Shown here piece after piece: positions 16,831-26,241 of a DNA stretch of 29,281 nucleotides. Both the position numbers and the translations under genes were made by a program. Below the pieces are notes generated by a model that worked only from the letters and a program-made list of their open reading frames with translations, did not search any database and had not been told where the DNA came from. This DNA is from a virus. Lineage: Duplodnaviria; Caudoviricetes. Location: positions 1 through 29,281 of the IMG/VR virus record IMGVR_UViG_3300022538_000228, one strand, 5' to 3'. Positions within the stretch are counted from its first letter, which is position 1; every line of letters begins with the position of its first letter.

Positions 16831-18200
16831 TGACTTATGTAACAGTACCAGCCCTATCTGCAATAACTCCTCAGTCAGTAGCTGGCAATACTGCTTCGCA
16901 AATGGCAGCAGAGAAGTTTGCAGATGCTAAGGCGTATGCAGGAGAGGCCTTTACTTCAGCAGATGGTTACCTTGAGATACTAAGTGCACTTTTTGCTGGA
17001 GCTACCATGCCTGATGTTGACATCAGCTATGCTTTTCAGCAATCTGTGTTAGATGCTGAGATTGAGAGCAAGAGGCCAGTTGCGCCTACAGATGATGAGC
17101 TGACTCCTACTATTCCAACTCTGCCAAGCCTTGGAGCTATCGAAGGAGTCATTATTCCAAGTGTTGACCTTCCTATTGATGATACTGGTGAACTGGTAGC
17201 TGCCTTTAACTTTGACGAGGCAGCTTATGTCTCAGCACTGTTAGCTGCTGTTAAGGAAAAACTGCTTGCTTTTGTAGAGGATGGCGGTACAGGTCTGGGT
17301 GCTGATGTTGAGGATGCAATCTGGGCCAGAGCACAAGCAAGGCAAGATATTGTTAATGAGAGAACTTATAATGATGCGCTTAACTACTTTGCAGCGAAGG
17401 GATTCACTATTCCTCCTGGAGCTTTGGCAGGTAGGATTACTGAAGCACTTGCTGAGCAGACCAGAGCCAATGCACAACTGAACTATGAGATAATGATTGA
17501 GCAGGCAAAGTTAGCTCAAGATATGACGAAGCATACTTTGACTATATCAGTCCAGCTTGAGGGAGTTGAGAAGCAGTTTGCTAGTAGTGTTGCAACAAGA
17601 GCTCTTGACAAAGCGAAGACCGCTGTTACTGTTATAGTGGATGTTTACAATGCTAAGGTTGCAGCGTATGCTGCAAGGTCTGAAACTGCAAGGACACAAG
17701 CGCAAGTGGCTGAGATAACAGCTAATGTACAAATTGCTACCAACCTTAACACTGTAGAGGTCTACAAGGCTGGTATGGATGCGTATAAGGCACAAGTTGT
17801 TGCTGAGCTTGGAATAGTAGAGAGTGTGGCTAAAGTCTATGGTTATAAAATAGCTGGTTATGAGGCAGATGCAAAGGTAGCTGTTGCAGTACTTGGAGCT
17901 CAGATTGCGAAGTTTGAAGCTGAGGTTACTCAGGCTAACAACCAAACGACCCTGTCCTTGAAAGAAGCGGAGTTGACTTTGAATAGCTACCTTGGTAGCC
18001 TTGCTATACAAGAGAGAGCTGTCGAAGGAAGCGCAAGTATTGCTGCACAGCTCGCAGCAAGTGCACTGAGCTCTGTAAATGCTAGTACAAGCCTTGGCTA
18101 CAATGTTGGGCTGAGTAGATCTGATGGCGTTACTGCAAGGCAAGCAGTTTCTAATGCTGCTTCCTTGGCGGAGCGTCATACTTACACCCATGAAGCATAG
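16830..18200 (+). CDS. Ala-rich helical virion protein (probable ejection/core protein)
   Basis: 456 aa, no Cys, long helical A/Q/E-rich C-terminal half; GGAGG RBS. Confidence 0.6.
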   Translation: MTYVTVPALSAITPQSVAGNTASQMAAEKFADAKAYAGEAFTSADGYLEILSALFAGATMPDVDISYAFQQSVLDAEIESKRPVAPTDDELTPTIPTLPSLGAIEGVIIPSVDLPIDDTGELVAAFNFDEAAYVSALLAAVKEKLLAFVEDGGTGLGADVEDAIWARAQARQDIVNERTYNDALNYFAAKGFTIPPGALAGRITEALAEQTRANAQLNYEIMIEQAKLAQDMTKHTLTISVQLEGVEKQFASSVATRALDKAKTAVTVIVDVYNAKVAAYAARSETARTQAQVAEITANVQIATNLNTVEVYKAGMDAYKAQVVAELGIVESVAKVYGYKIAGYEADAKVAVAVLGAQIAKFEAEVTQANNQTTLSLKEAELTLNSYLGSLAIQERAVEGSASIAAQLAASALSSVNASTSLGYNVGLSRSDGVTARQAVSNAASLAERHTYTHEA

Positions 18201-18203
18201 GAG

Positions 18204-18854
18204 GTGAGCATGGTAAGTCGAGCGCAACTTACGAGCATGAAGCGTATGGGCTTCAGTGATGAAGACTATGCAGAATGGCTTAGGAGATCAGTTGCAAGGA
18301 GGGAAGACATTCAGGCTCATGAAGTAACCCTTCGAGAGATGATGGAAACTGGTGCTACTGGAAGGGAAAAGTTGAGAGAAGCTGGCCTTGGGAAAAGACT
18401 TGGAAGGGAGCATGAGTTTAGGCGACCTGAACAGGCTGCCAGGATTGGTGAGTTTGAAGCTAGGGCCGGAGAAGTTAGAGGTAGGACAGCTGCAGAGGAG
18501 TATGCTCTAGGGTTCAAGAAGTCTGAGGAACAGACCATAAGAGACATTCTGCGACAGTCCAAGGAACTGGGAAGGCTGGATATAAAAGCGCTGGAACAAG
18601 ATCTTGATATAGAGGCAGCAGTCCCTGGTGAAAAAGTTTCTAAAGCTGCAGTGCCAGCAACTGCTCCAACAGGCGTAGCTAAGCCAGGAAAGGGAAAGAG
18701 AAAGCTTCGTCCTTGGATACGTAGGGAGGTGTTTGGTGGGCCTAGGGCAATTAGTCCATTGGCTAGAGCTGCCTACGGCTATCGCAACATTGCAGATTGG
18801 CTTAAGTTCGCTGGAAGGAAGGGAATAGAGTACGCCTTTCCAAGGAGTGAATAA
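18204..18854 (+). CDS. Probable internal virion/ejection protein
   Basis: 216 aa, R/E-rich, no Cys; lies between the two larger Cys-free genes. The start may instead be the ATG at 18210. Confidence 0.55.
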   Translation: MSMVSRAQLTSMKRMGFSDEDYAEWLRRSVARREDIQAHEVTLREMMETGATGREKLREAGLGKRLGREHEFRRPEQAARIGEFEARAGEVRGRTAAEEYALGFKKSEEQTIRDILRQSKELGRLDIKALEQDLDIEAAVPGEKVSKAAVPATAPTGVAKPGKGKRKLRPWIRREVFGGPRAISPLARAAYGYRNIADWLKFAGRKGIEYAFPRSE

Positions 18855-21800
18855 TGCCTGACTTAATAGATCAGATAATGTCACGAGCGCTGTCTAGAGA
18901 TGCAGGAGCAGGAGCAAGGAGACTTGTAGCTGCAAGGAAAAGAAGGGTTGAGAGTCTCCTGGGTAAGCGTGCCGATTTGCTTGCTCAGCCAGACTTGCTG
19001 GAAAAGAGGGTTGCTGCTCATGCAGGTGCTTTCTCACTGTCTACTAGAAGACCAAGGACAAGGAGGTTTCAGAGCAAAGTAGATGCTCTTGAAGAGCAAG
19101 CCAAGGGTACACCGCAGGCAGGTTTTGCTAGTGAATTGATGCAGGAATATACTGCTGCTTTGCAAGATCCCAACTATTTGGGCTTATCCAATAGGCAGCT
19201 ATTAGCTGCAGTCTCTCAGAACTTGATGCGAGCGAGACCTGAGGGAAAGGGCAGTTCCAGGCTTGAAAAAGCTTATAGGTATAAGTGGCGAGCTGATACG
19301 AGTCTAGGCAATCTCTTTGGTGCCTTTGGTGAGGATAAGGATGTTAGAGCATTGCCTGGTTACGAGCAGTATCTGGAGAAGCAAAAGGAACTGCCTGTTG
19401 AGGAATGGCATACTGGGCCAGGTGAGGCAGCTGCAATTGGTGCAGGCTTTACTGCTGCACTGATGGCAGGAAGTAAGATACTTGGAAGAGCCGCAATGGT
19501 TACTCCAGCTCCTGGTGCTAGGATAGTTGGAGGAGCTCTTCTAGCTATTCCTGAGTTCATGGCTTTTGATGCTATTCACAATGTTATTGCTAAGACTGAG
19601 TGGGGAAGAGCTAGGGAAGGTACTTGGAGGAAGATCGGTGCTGATCTACTTGCTGGTGGTGTTGTCATTGGAGGTGGGTATAAGGCTACTGCCATTGCTC
19701 TAAGGAAAGCTGCTGAGAAAGCTATTCTCTCTAAAACTGCGATTGATATTCTTTCAAAGCATCCAACCGCAAAAAGTGCTATTGAGGCTGGTAAGGCACA
19801 GCGAGCTGCTAGGGCTGCTACAGTAGAAGTTGATGCAGCTATGGAAGCTGGTATATCTAAGGAAGATGTGCTTAGCAAGGTCATGGAGCTAGAAAGTCTG
19901 CGGGGAAGAGCTCCAGGTGAGGTGGCTAAGGCTGGTGAAGTAGCAAGACTTACTGGCGTCCTGAGAAAGCGTGGGAGAGTCTTAAGAGAGGAAGGAATGC
20001 CTGCTTGGTTGAGAGAAGGAAGAGAGCCTCCTGCTAGAGGTAGACTTGCTGCTAGGCCTTATATACTGGAAGCCAAAGGGCCTATACAAGAAGTACTTTC
20101 GGAGAGGGCTAGAGTTAGAGTTGGTGGTAAAACTGCTGAGAGAGTGGCACAGGAGATTGCTAAGGTTCAGATGCCCCTTAAGACTATGGGAGCTAGAGAG
20201 GCTGGTAAAGCATTTGCTAAGTTACCTGAAAAGAATGCTGAAAGAGCTCTGAAGAAAGCAGGCAGGAAAGGAACTAGGACTGCTGTTGCTGAAGAGGCAA
20301 GGCTTGTGGAGCTTGAGAAGAAGCTTGCTGAACGTGAGGAGACTTATCTGCAAGCTCTTATGCAGCGGGAAGATGAGTTAGAAGCTATCTATCTTACTAG
20401 GCTTGAAGCCAGAGAAGCTGCCCTTGAGGAAACATATGCTGCTGCCAAGGTGCGTGCTAAGCAACGGACTAAGGTAAAGGCTAAGAAGAAGGTGCAGAAG
20501 GATGTTGAAGTTGTTACTCCTGGCAGGGTTATGGCAAAGGAGGAAGTCAAGGCTGGACTGCTGGCAGCTAGGAAGGTTAAGAGTGTTGAGGGTGTTAAGG
20601 GTAAGGTAGATAACACAGTCGCTCTTTGGTTGGAGTATGGAGACCTCAAAGCTGCTTTTGAGGCTGGGAGAATTAGGCCTGGTACGCCTCAGGTGAGAAG
20701 GCTTGTTAATATCGAGAAGGAGTTAATCAGAAGAAATGAAATGAAACAAGGGGAGGGACTTCTGACTAAGAGAGGTGAACCTATAAAGGTCAAGCCAAAG
20801 GTAACCAAGGTTTCTCCAGAGGCTACTGGACTTGCTGATGCAGAAAGGGCAGCTATGGAGGCTGTTGAGAACGAAGTCAAGAGGACTGTAAGCCTTGAGG
20901 AAGCAGGTCTTGTAGAGGCCATTAAGGGTGGTGTTGAAGAGACTCTTGGTGAAGGTGTAGAGAGGAGTGGAAAGGATCTTGTTGATATTATAAAGGATAG
21001 TGGAAAGCTCTTTGGTGCAATTGGTTTGTTTGGTTCAGTTACTCTTGCATCACTGTTTGAGCCTGACTCCGCAGAAGCATCTATGTTTGCTAAGACAGGA
21101 GTTACTATTGCAAAGAATATTGCTAATGCAGCAAAGGGAAAGACTAAAGAGGCTATGGCTAAGATGGCCAAGAGCTGGAAGGATGCTGGTTTTCTCCATA
21201 TCCCTGCTGCAGATGGAGCTAAGGAAAAGTCTGCATTTCAAGAAGTTCTTCGAACTGCTCCAATGGCTATTGAAGAACATGGAAGTCTGGTTAAGAATGT
21301 CAAGGCAGAGGCTACTCCATTTAGCTTGGTCAGGGTGCTATCACCTTACACCTCTGGAGAGATTCTCTACAAGACAAATCCTGTACCTGAGATAGGTATG
21401 GTTCAGTCAGCAATTGGTAACAATGCTGGAGATGCTTTGAAGGTTGTCGGGAACATCTTTAGAGATGTACCTAATATAGTGCCAAAGGGAGCTGCTAAGG
21501 ACATCATGCAAACTATGTCTCCGGTAGCCAAACGGTACTCTGGAGAGATTGTGGCTCTAAGAGCTGTTGAGTTTGATCTTGACAAAGCTACCAAGTCCTT
21601 CGATAAACTGTATAAGGCACTTGTTAAGGAAAAGGGAGAGATGCACATACCTGCCCTTGAAAAACTTGAAGAAAGGATGGCTAGGCTGACTGTTGCCAGG
21701 GATGAGCTGGCGCCAGTACTTGATGCTTACCTAGCAGAATGGGAGACAGCTGCCCAGGGGCTTGCAAAGAAATATCCGACAACTCGAATTGCCCTGGCTG

Positions 21801-23473
21801 CGGAGGACACAGTTGAGTATACTAAGTATCCCTGGTTGAAAGGGTTAATAACTCCAGAGGAGGAGGAGGCAGTTGTTTGGTTGAAAAACCTTCACGAGAC
21901 TTATGCTGTCAGAATGGCTGAGACTGGCCACAAGGTAATTGAAGGCCCTTACGTTCATCATGCCTGGCATCCTGATTGGCTTGAGGAGGCTGCTGTTAGG
22001 AGATTAAAGGAGTTTGGGATTGACTCTAAAGGAGTCCCATTCTCCAAGTTCTATCACAGGGCTAAGTATAGTAGGATGATGATGCCAGACATTAACTATA
22101 CCATGCAGAGATATGCAATGGATGCTGAGAGGAGAATCCAATGGAGTCAGTTCTGGGGTAAGGGCAGGAAGGATAGCTGGTATGCCCATAAGAGGTGGGT
22201 TGATCACTTTGGCTCTAAAGATCAACAGATTTTCTGGAGGAAGATTGCTGATGGAAGTGTTCCTCCAGCGCCTACGAGAGCCAATGTTATCTCGAATATA
22301 TATACCTCCTTTGAAGTTCTAAGGCTTCTGGCCTTCTCTCCATCAGTAGCTCTTAAGCATTACTTCAAGAACGTTGGTACAATGTCTGCTATGGGAGTGG
22401 GTAACTTCATGTCCCACCTACCAGAAGCTATGGCTGCAGCTGTTAGAGGATCGAGGAATTCACCAGAGATGAAGTCGTTGTATAAACGCTTTGGTGTAGA
22501 ATCACCTAAGGGCAAGAAGAAGCTATTTAATGAGGTTGCTGATTCCTTCATCACCCAGATTCACAGGATGAATATGATTGCTGATCTAGATTTTGAGTCA
22601 GTAATTCCTTACAGAGTTGGATTCTGGCAGGCAGTTACCAAGAAGATGCAATCGTTCAACCGCTGGGGTAGTATACCAGTTAGAGCTATAGAATCCTTGG
22701 ATAGGCACCATACTGTAGTAGCTGCTTGGGAGATGGCAGCCAAGAAAGGTATGACTGCACAGCAAGCAGTTTATGGGATTTACTCCAATATCCTTAAGCT
22801 CAACTTCCTCAGTGGAGCTGCTAATCCTTCTTGGATAAGGAATCCGAAGATTAGGGCTATGGTACTGTTCCAGAATACTGTCTTCAAGATTATGGAAAGA
22901 AGGTTGATGGTTGGATGGAGAGCTGGGAAAGATGTCAAGACTGCTATAGGCGTGATCAGACATCAGAATATACCAAAGACTTTGAAAGAGATGGGTGAGA
23001 TTGGAAGGTATGTTCTAGGAGCTGAGAGGGAGATGAAGCAGAATATGATCTTTGATGCTCTGACAGCAAGCAAGGATGTCTTTGGAACACCAATGCTGCA
23101 GCAAGCTATGAGGGAAGCTATTCTGTCTGGGGCTATCCTGATGGGAGGAGGTATTGTTGGTATGAACTTGATGCCTCAAGTCTATCATATGCCACTGCTA
23201 AGGACAGGTGCTAAGGCTCCGACACTAGCTATAAATCCATTCCTTAATGCAGCATTCAGGACAGCAGGAGAAAGGGAAACGGCAGCTGAGTATGGTATTG
23301 AGAATGACTTTCTTATAACACAGTTTACGAAGAATTGGCTGAAGAGTACAGGCTATCTCCCACAGACTCTGAACAAGGTAATAAGGATTACACAGGATGA
23401 TGTTCCTGAGATCTATAAAGGCTCTAGATGGCAATACTTCTTTAGTGTTCCTGCAGCTGGAGAGCATTACTGA
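18854..23473 (+). CDS. Large internal virion (DNA ejection) protein, 1539 aa
   Basis: Largest ORF, A/K/E/R-rich, no Cys, several Gly/Ala-rich hydrophobic segments; position equivalent to podovirus ejection proteins. Confidence 0.7.
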   Translation: MPDLIDQIMSRALSRDAGAGARRLVAARKRRVESLLGKRADLLAQPDLLEKRVAAHAGAFSLSTRRPRTRRFQSKVDALEEQAKGTPQAGFASELMQEYTAALQDPNYLGLSNRQLLAAVSQNLMRARPEGKGSSRLEKAYRYKWRADTSLGNLFGAFGEDKDVRALPGYEQYLEKQKELPVEEWHTGPGEAAAIGAGFTAALMAGSKILGRAAMVTPAPGARIVGGALLAIPEFMAFDAIHNVIAKTEWGRAREGTWRKIGADLLAGGVVIGGGYKATAIALRKAAEKAILSKTAIDILSKHPTAKSAIEAGKAQRAARAATVEVDAAMEAGISKEDVLSKVMELESLRGRAPGEVAKAGEVARLTGVLRKRGRVLREEGMPAWLREGREPPARGRLAARPYILEAKGPIQEVLSERARVRVGGKTAERVAQEIAKVQMPLKTMGAREAGKAFAKLPEKNAERALKKAGRKGTRTAVAEEARLVELEKKLAEREETYLQALMQREDELEAIYLTRLEAREAALEETYAAAKVRAKQRTKVKAKKKVQKDVEVVTPGRVMAKEEVKAGLLAARKVKSVEGVKGKVDNTVALWLEYGDLKAAFEAGRIRPGTPQVRRLVNIEKELIRRNEMKQGEGLLTKRGEPIKVKPKVTKVSPEATGLADAERAAMEAVENEVKRTVSLEEAGLVEAIKGGVEETLGEGVERSGKDLVDIIKDSGKLFGAIGLFGSVTLASLFEPDSAEASMFAKTGVTIAKNIANAAKGKTKEAMAKMAKSWKDAGFLHIPAADGAKEKSAFQEVLRTAPMAIEEHGSLVKNVKAEATPFSLVRVLSPYTSGEILYKTNPVPEIGMVQSAIGNNAGDALKVVGNIFRDVPNIVPKGAAKDIMQTMSPVAKRYSGEIVALRAVEFDLDKATKSFDKLYKALVKEKGEMHIPALEKLEERMARLTVARDELAPVLDAYLAEWETAAQGLAKKYPTTRIALAAEDTVEYTKYPWLKGLITPEEEEAVVWLKNLHETYAVRMAETGHKVIEGPYVHHAWHPDWLEEAAVRRLKEFGIDSKGVPFSKFYHRAKYSRMMMPDINYTMQRYAMDAERRIQWSQFWGKGRKDSWYAHKRWVDHFGSKDQQIFWRKIADGSVPPAPTRANVISNIYTSFEVLRLLAFSPSVALKHYFKNVGTMSAMGVGNFMSHLPEAMAAAVRGSRNSPEMKSLYKRFGVESPKGKKKLFNEVADSFITQIHRMNMIADLDFESVIPYRVGFWQAVTKKMQSFNRWGSIPVRAIESLDRHHTVVAAWEMAAKKGMTAQQAVYGIYSNILKLNFLSGAANPSWIRNPKIRAMVLFQNTVFKIMERRLMVGWRAGKDVKTAIGVIRHQNIPKTLKEMGEIGRYVLGAEREMKQNMIFDALTASKDVFGTPMLQQAMREAILSGAILMGGGIVGMNLMPQVYHMPLLRTGAKAPTLAINPFLNAAFRTAGERETAAEYGIENDFLITQFTKNWLKSTGYLPQTLNKVIRITQDDVPEIYKGSRWQYFFSVPAAGEHY

Positions 23474-23480
23474 TGAATAG

Positions 23481-23511
23481 TTAAGAAACGTCAATTATTG
23501 ACTTTTTAACT
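23481..23511 (+). repeat. 31-bp quasi-palindromic element, copy 5
   Basis: TTAAGAAACGTCA ATTAT TGACTTTTTAACT; arms are 12/13 and 11/13 identical to copy 2. Confidence 0.85.
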
Positions 23512-23522
23512 GGGGGGTTATT

Positions 23523-23705
23523 ATGGATGGAGCTTATATGCTGGGATACGTAGCTGGCATGAATGTTGTTGTGATTGCTGCAGTGAAGATGATAGTCAGC
23601 TCCTCAGAGAAAAAACTTGGAAAGCGAATTGATGATCTGTGGAGTGCTTTTGATAGGCATGGTCATAAAGACTTGAATGGCAATGGTGCCAGGGTTACTA
23701 GATAA
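23523..23705 (+). CDS. Small protein with one predicted membrane helix
   Basis: Hydrophobic YMLGYVAGMNVVVIAAVKMIV followed by a charged helix. Confidence 0.6.
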   Translation: MDGAYMLGYVAGMNVVVIAAVKMIVSSSEKKLGKRIDDLWSAFDRHGHKDLNGNGARVTR

Positions 23706-23713
23706 AGGAGGTT

Positions 23714-24046
23714 ATGATGAGAAGACTTAAAATGTTGCTGGACGGCTATCAGTCAACTACGATCCCAGCGATAGATCCATCTGATTATATCAATGCAAGA
23801 GTTATGTCAGGTGGTGGAGTAGAGAGCGAGACAGTGCCTACTGGTGCCAAGATTGTATTGTTCTCTGCAACAGGTAATTTCTATCTTAGAACTGGTGGTG
23901 CAGCTGCTGTGCCAAGCGCTGATGTTACAAATGGTACTGGCTCAGAACTCAATCCTCTCGCAAGGTTGGTAACTCCAGGAGAAACCTTGAGTTTAGCTGC
24001 CCCTGCAGGAAAAGCTGTTATAATAACAATGGCATATTATAAATAA
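23714..24046 (+). CDS. Small beta-rich virion protein (putative)
   Basis: AAGGAGGT RBS; SETVPTGAKIVLFSATGNFY...GSELNP. Confidence 0.6.
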   Translation: MMRRLKMLLDGYQSTTIPAIDPSDYINARVMSGGGVESETVPTGAKIVLFSATGNFYLRTGGAAAVPSADVTNGTGSELNPLARLVTPGETLSLAAPAGKAVIITMAYYK

Positions 24047-24054
24047 GGAGGTGC

Positions 24055-24570
24055 GTGATGTTTGCTATATTTAATCACTTACCCCAAATGGTGGATCTAT
24101 CAGATGATCCTGCTCCGCAGCTAGGTGGTGATCTGGACTATAATGAGAAGTGTCAGACGTTTAATACCACCTTGACGAGCGACGATATGGCTTCAGGAGA
24201 CATTATCACTGTAACCTTTGGGGAGACAGTAGCCTTCGGAAAGTTAGTGTATCCCGATGGTACTGCTAATGAGTACATGCTTGCTCTTGGAACGAATGCT
24301 GCTGTGAAGCACCCAGCTATGGGAGTAGCATTGGAGGCTAAGAACAATGGCGAATCAGGCAAGATGCTAGTGCGTGGTCTTATCAGAGATGCAACGTATT
24401 TCTCGGGATTTGCTTTGGGGGATATTCTGTATCTAAGTGATGCAGCTGCTGGCAGTTGGCTCAATGCTGCTCCAGGTGACTTGGGTGATATTGTCCAAGT
24501 AGTTGGTTGGGTACTTGCTGCCAACTATGCCTTTTTTATTCCCTGTTACACTTACATAGAGGTAGCGTGA
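24055..24570 (+). CDS. Fibre/capsid-appendage protein (putative)
   Basis: DDPAPQLGGDLD motif recognised from phage fibre proteins; beta domain AMGVALEA...GKMLVRG...GDILYLSD...IVQVVG. Confidence 0.6.
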   Translation: MMFAIFNHLPQMVDLSDDPAPQLGGDLDYNEKCQTFNTTLTSDDMASGDIITVTFGETVAFGKLVYPDGTANEYMLALGTNAAVKHPAMGVALEAKNNGESGKMLVRGLIRDATYFSGFALGDILYLSDAAAGSWLNAAPGDLGDIVQVVGWVLAANYAFFIPCYTYIEVA

Positions 24571-25565
24571 TGGCTGAATTGAGTAAGGTAGATAATCTTG
24601 CCTATGGAGACATAGCTAAGTTGATCGAGATTGCCGCTGCAGATATAGCTAAAGTATATGGACTGGAATGGCCTGCTGGCGTAGGCAGCGGAGACAGAGG
24701 AGTGTATGCTGGTGGTATTAGCTTCACGAATGTTATCGCCTATATCACTATTTCATCACCCAGCAACGCTACTAATTTTGGAGATCTGACTTCTACCAGA
24801 TATGGCTCTGGAGCTGTTTCGAACGGAGCCAATAATAGAGGTGTGTTCGGCGCAGGAAAATCAAGTAACATTATGGAGTATATTACTATTTCTTCTGAAG
24901 GCGATGCTACAGACTTTGGTGATCTGTTAATTGATGGTACTGATGCAGCAGGTGTGTCTAATGGGACTAACGAGAGGGGCTGCTTTGCGCTGGATGCAGG
25001 CACGGGCAATGTTATAGAGTATATTACTATTAGTATCCTCAGCAATGCTGTTGACTTTGGAGACTTAGTCCGTGACCGTGACTTTCTAGCTTCTGCTGAT
25101 AACGGGACTAATGACAGGGGACTATTCATAGGAACCAATGTTGCTGTAACAGGTAGAGAGATAGACTATATCACCATTTCATCAACTGGCAATGCTATTG
25201 ACTTTGGAGATTTGACTATAGATATATTCAAGCATGATGGAACCTCTAATGGTACTAATGATAGAGGAATATTTGGGGGAGGAACTCCAGATGGTGCAAA
25301 TGATACTGACGTGATAGATTACGTTACTATCTCGTCCACTGGTGACGCTACCGACTTTGGAAACTTAACACTTAGCAGATCGCATACGAATGCTTGCTCT
25401 AACGGAACTAATGAGCGAGGGGTATGGATACAGGGATACGATTACGACCTTACAGTAGGTGTCAATATTATGGACTATGTTACAATTAACTCTACTGGCA
25501 ATGCTTCTGATTTTGGAGATGCAACCGAAGAAAGGTATAATGGTGCAGCAACTTCTAATGCTTGA
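24570..25565 (+). CDS. Six-bladed Kelch-like beta-propeller protein (331 aa)
   Basis: Six repeats of about 47-51 aa, RG(V/C/L/I)...Y(I/V)TI...(N/D)AxxFG(D/N)...NG. The ATG at 24570 overlaps the upstream TGA. Confidence 0.8.
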   Translation: MAELSKVDNLAYGDIAKLIEIAAADIAKVYGLEWPAGVGSGDRGVYAGGISFTNVIAYITISSPSNATNFGDLTSTRYGSGAVSNGANNRGVFGAGKSSNIMEYITISSEGDATDFGDLLIDGTDAAGVSNGTNERGCFALDAGTGNVIEYITISILSNAVDFGDLVRDRDFLASADNGTNDRGLFIGTNVAVTGREIDYITISSTGNAIDFGDLTIDIFKHDGTSNGTNDRGIFGGGTPDGANDTDVIDYVTISSTGDATDFGNLTLSRSHTNACSNGTNERGVWIQGYDYDLTVGVNIMDYVTINSTGNASDFGDATEERYNGAATSNA

Positions 25566-25578
25566 TAACTGAGGTTTT

Positions 25579-26241
25579 GTGAAACCAAATCTATTGGTAA
25601 CAACTCCAGCTTATGGTTGCATGGTTCACCAAGACCATAAGAAGTCATGTCTCCAACTGCAGGCTGGAGCTATCAAGGATGGGATAGGAGTAGAATTCCT
25701 AGATATAGGGAATCAGGTTACGAAGAAGGCTCGTAACAGCATGATCTCCTACTTTTACTTCCATAAGGAATTTACTCACTATATCTGCCTGGATGCTGAC
25801 GTTGGTGTTGCTTCGGATTGCTTTCCTACCTTACTCAAAAGACGTGTTGATATTATTGGGATACCAACACCGCTGGCAGGTTATATAGATGGTGAGCCAG
25901 CACTGAATATAGGGCCAGTCATTCAAGAGTACGATGGCTATGCAGAGGTTGAGTACGCTGCGTGTTCAGTCGTGATGTTCTCCAGAAAGGCTGTAGACAC
26001 TATAACCCCTACCTGCCAGCACTATACAGATGATCCCAGGTTTTCGAGGGGAGCATCGCTGACTGAGATAGTTTACGATGTGTACTTACCAGGCGTAATG
26101 GAAGGAGTCTATCGGCCAGAAGACATGGGGCTCTATCACAGGCTAAGGAAGCTTGGGTTTCCTATGCACATAGAGTACACAGTCTGGATTAAACACAACA
26201 AGATGGTTGGATTGGAGGCTTACCGACATGGAAATAACTAA
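25579..26241 (+). CDS. GT-A fold glycosyltransferase (GT2-like)
   Basis: N-terminal LLVTTPAY, ARN motif, DxD motif (THYICLDADV), catalytic-base-like PEDMGL, C-terminal His. Confidence 0.8.
   Translation: MKPNLLVTTPAYGCMVHQDHKKSCLQLQAGAIKDGIGVEFLDIGNQVTKKARNSMISYFYFHKEFTHYICLDADVGVASDCFPTLLKRRVDIIGIPTPLAGYIDGEPALNIGPVIQEYDGYAEVEYAACSVVMFSRKAVDTITPTCQHYTDDPRFSRGASLTEIVYDVYLPGVMEGVYRPEDMGLYHRLRKLGFPMHIEYTVWIKHNKMVGLEAYRHGNN

Noticed and set aside
17547-18227. 226-aa antisense ORF and the many other shadow ORFs inside late genes
   Set aside because: They lie antisense or out of frame to well-supported coupled genes, have Ser/Cys/Leu-rich shadow composition and lack RBSs.
18854-23473. N4-type virion RNA polymerase or tape-measure protein
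   Set aside because: It is less than half the size of N4 vRNAP and I recognise no polymerase motifs. No tail tube, sheath or tail chaperone genes are evident to support a tape measure.
24570-25565. Diversity-generating retroelement target
   Set aside because: The repeats are in-frame propeller blades diverged at all base types. No adenine-specific TR/VR pair and no reverse transcriptase were seen in the window.
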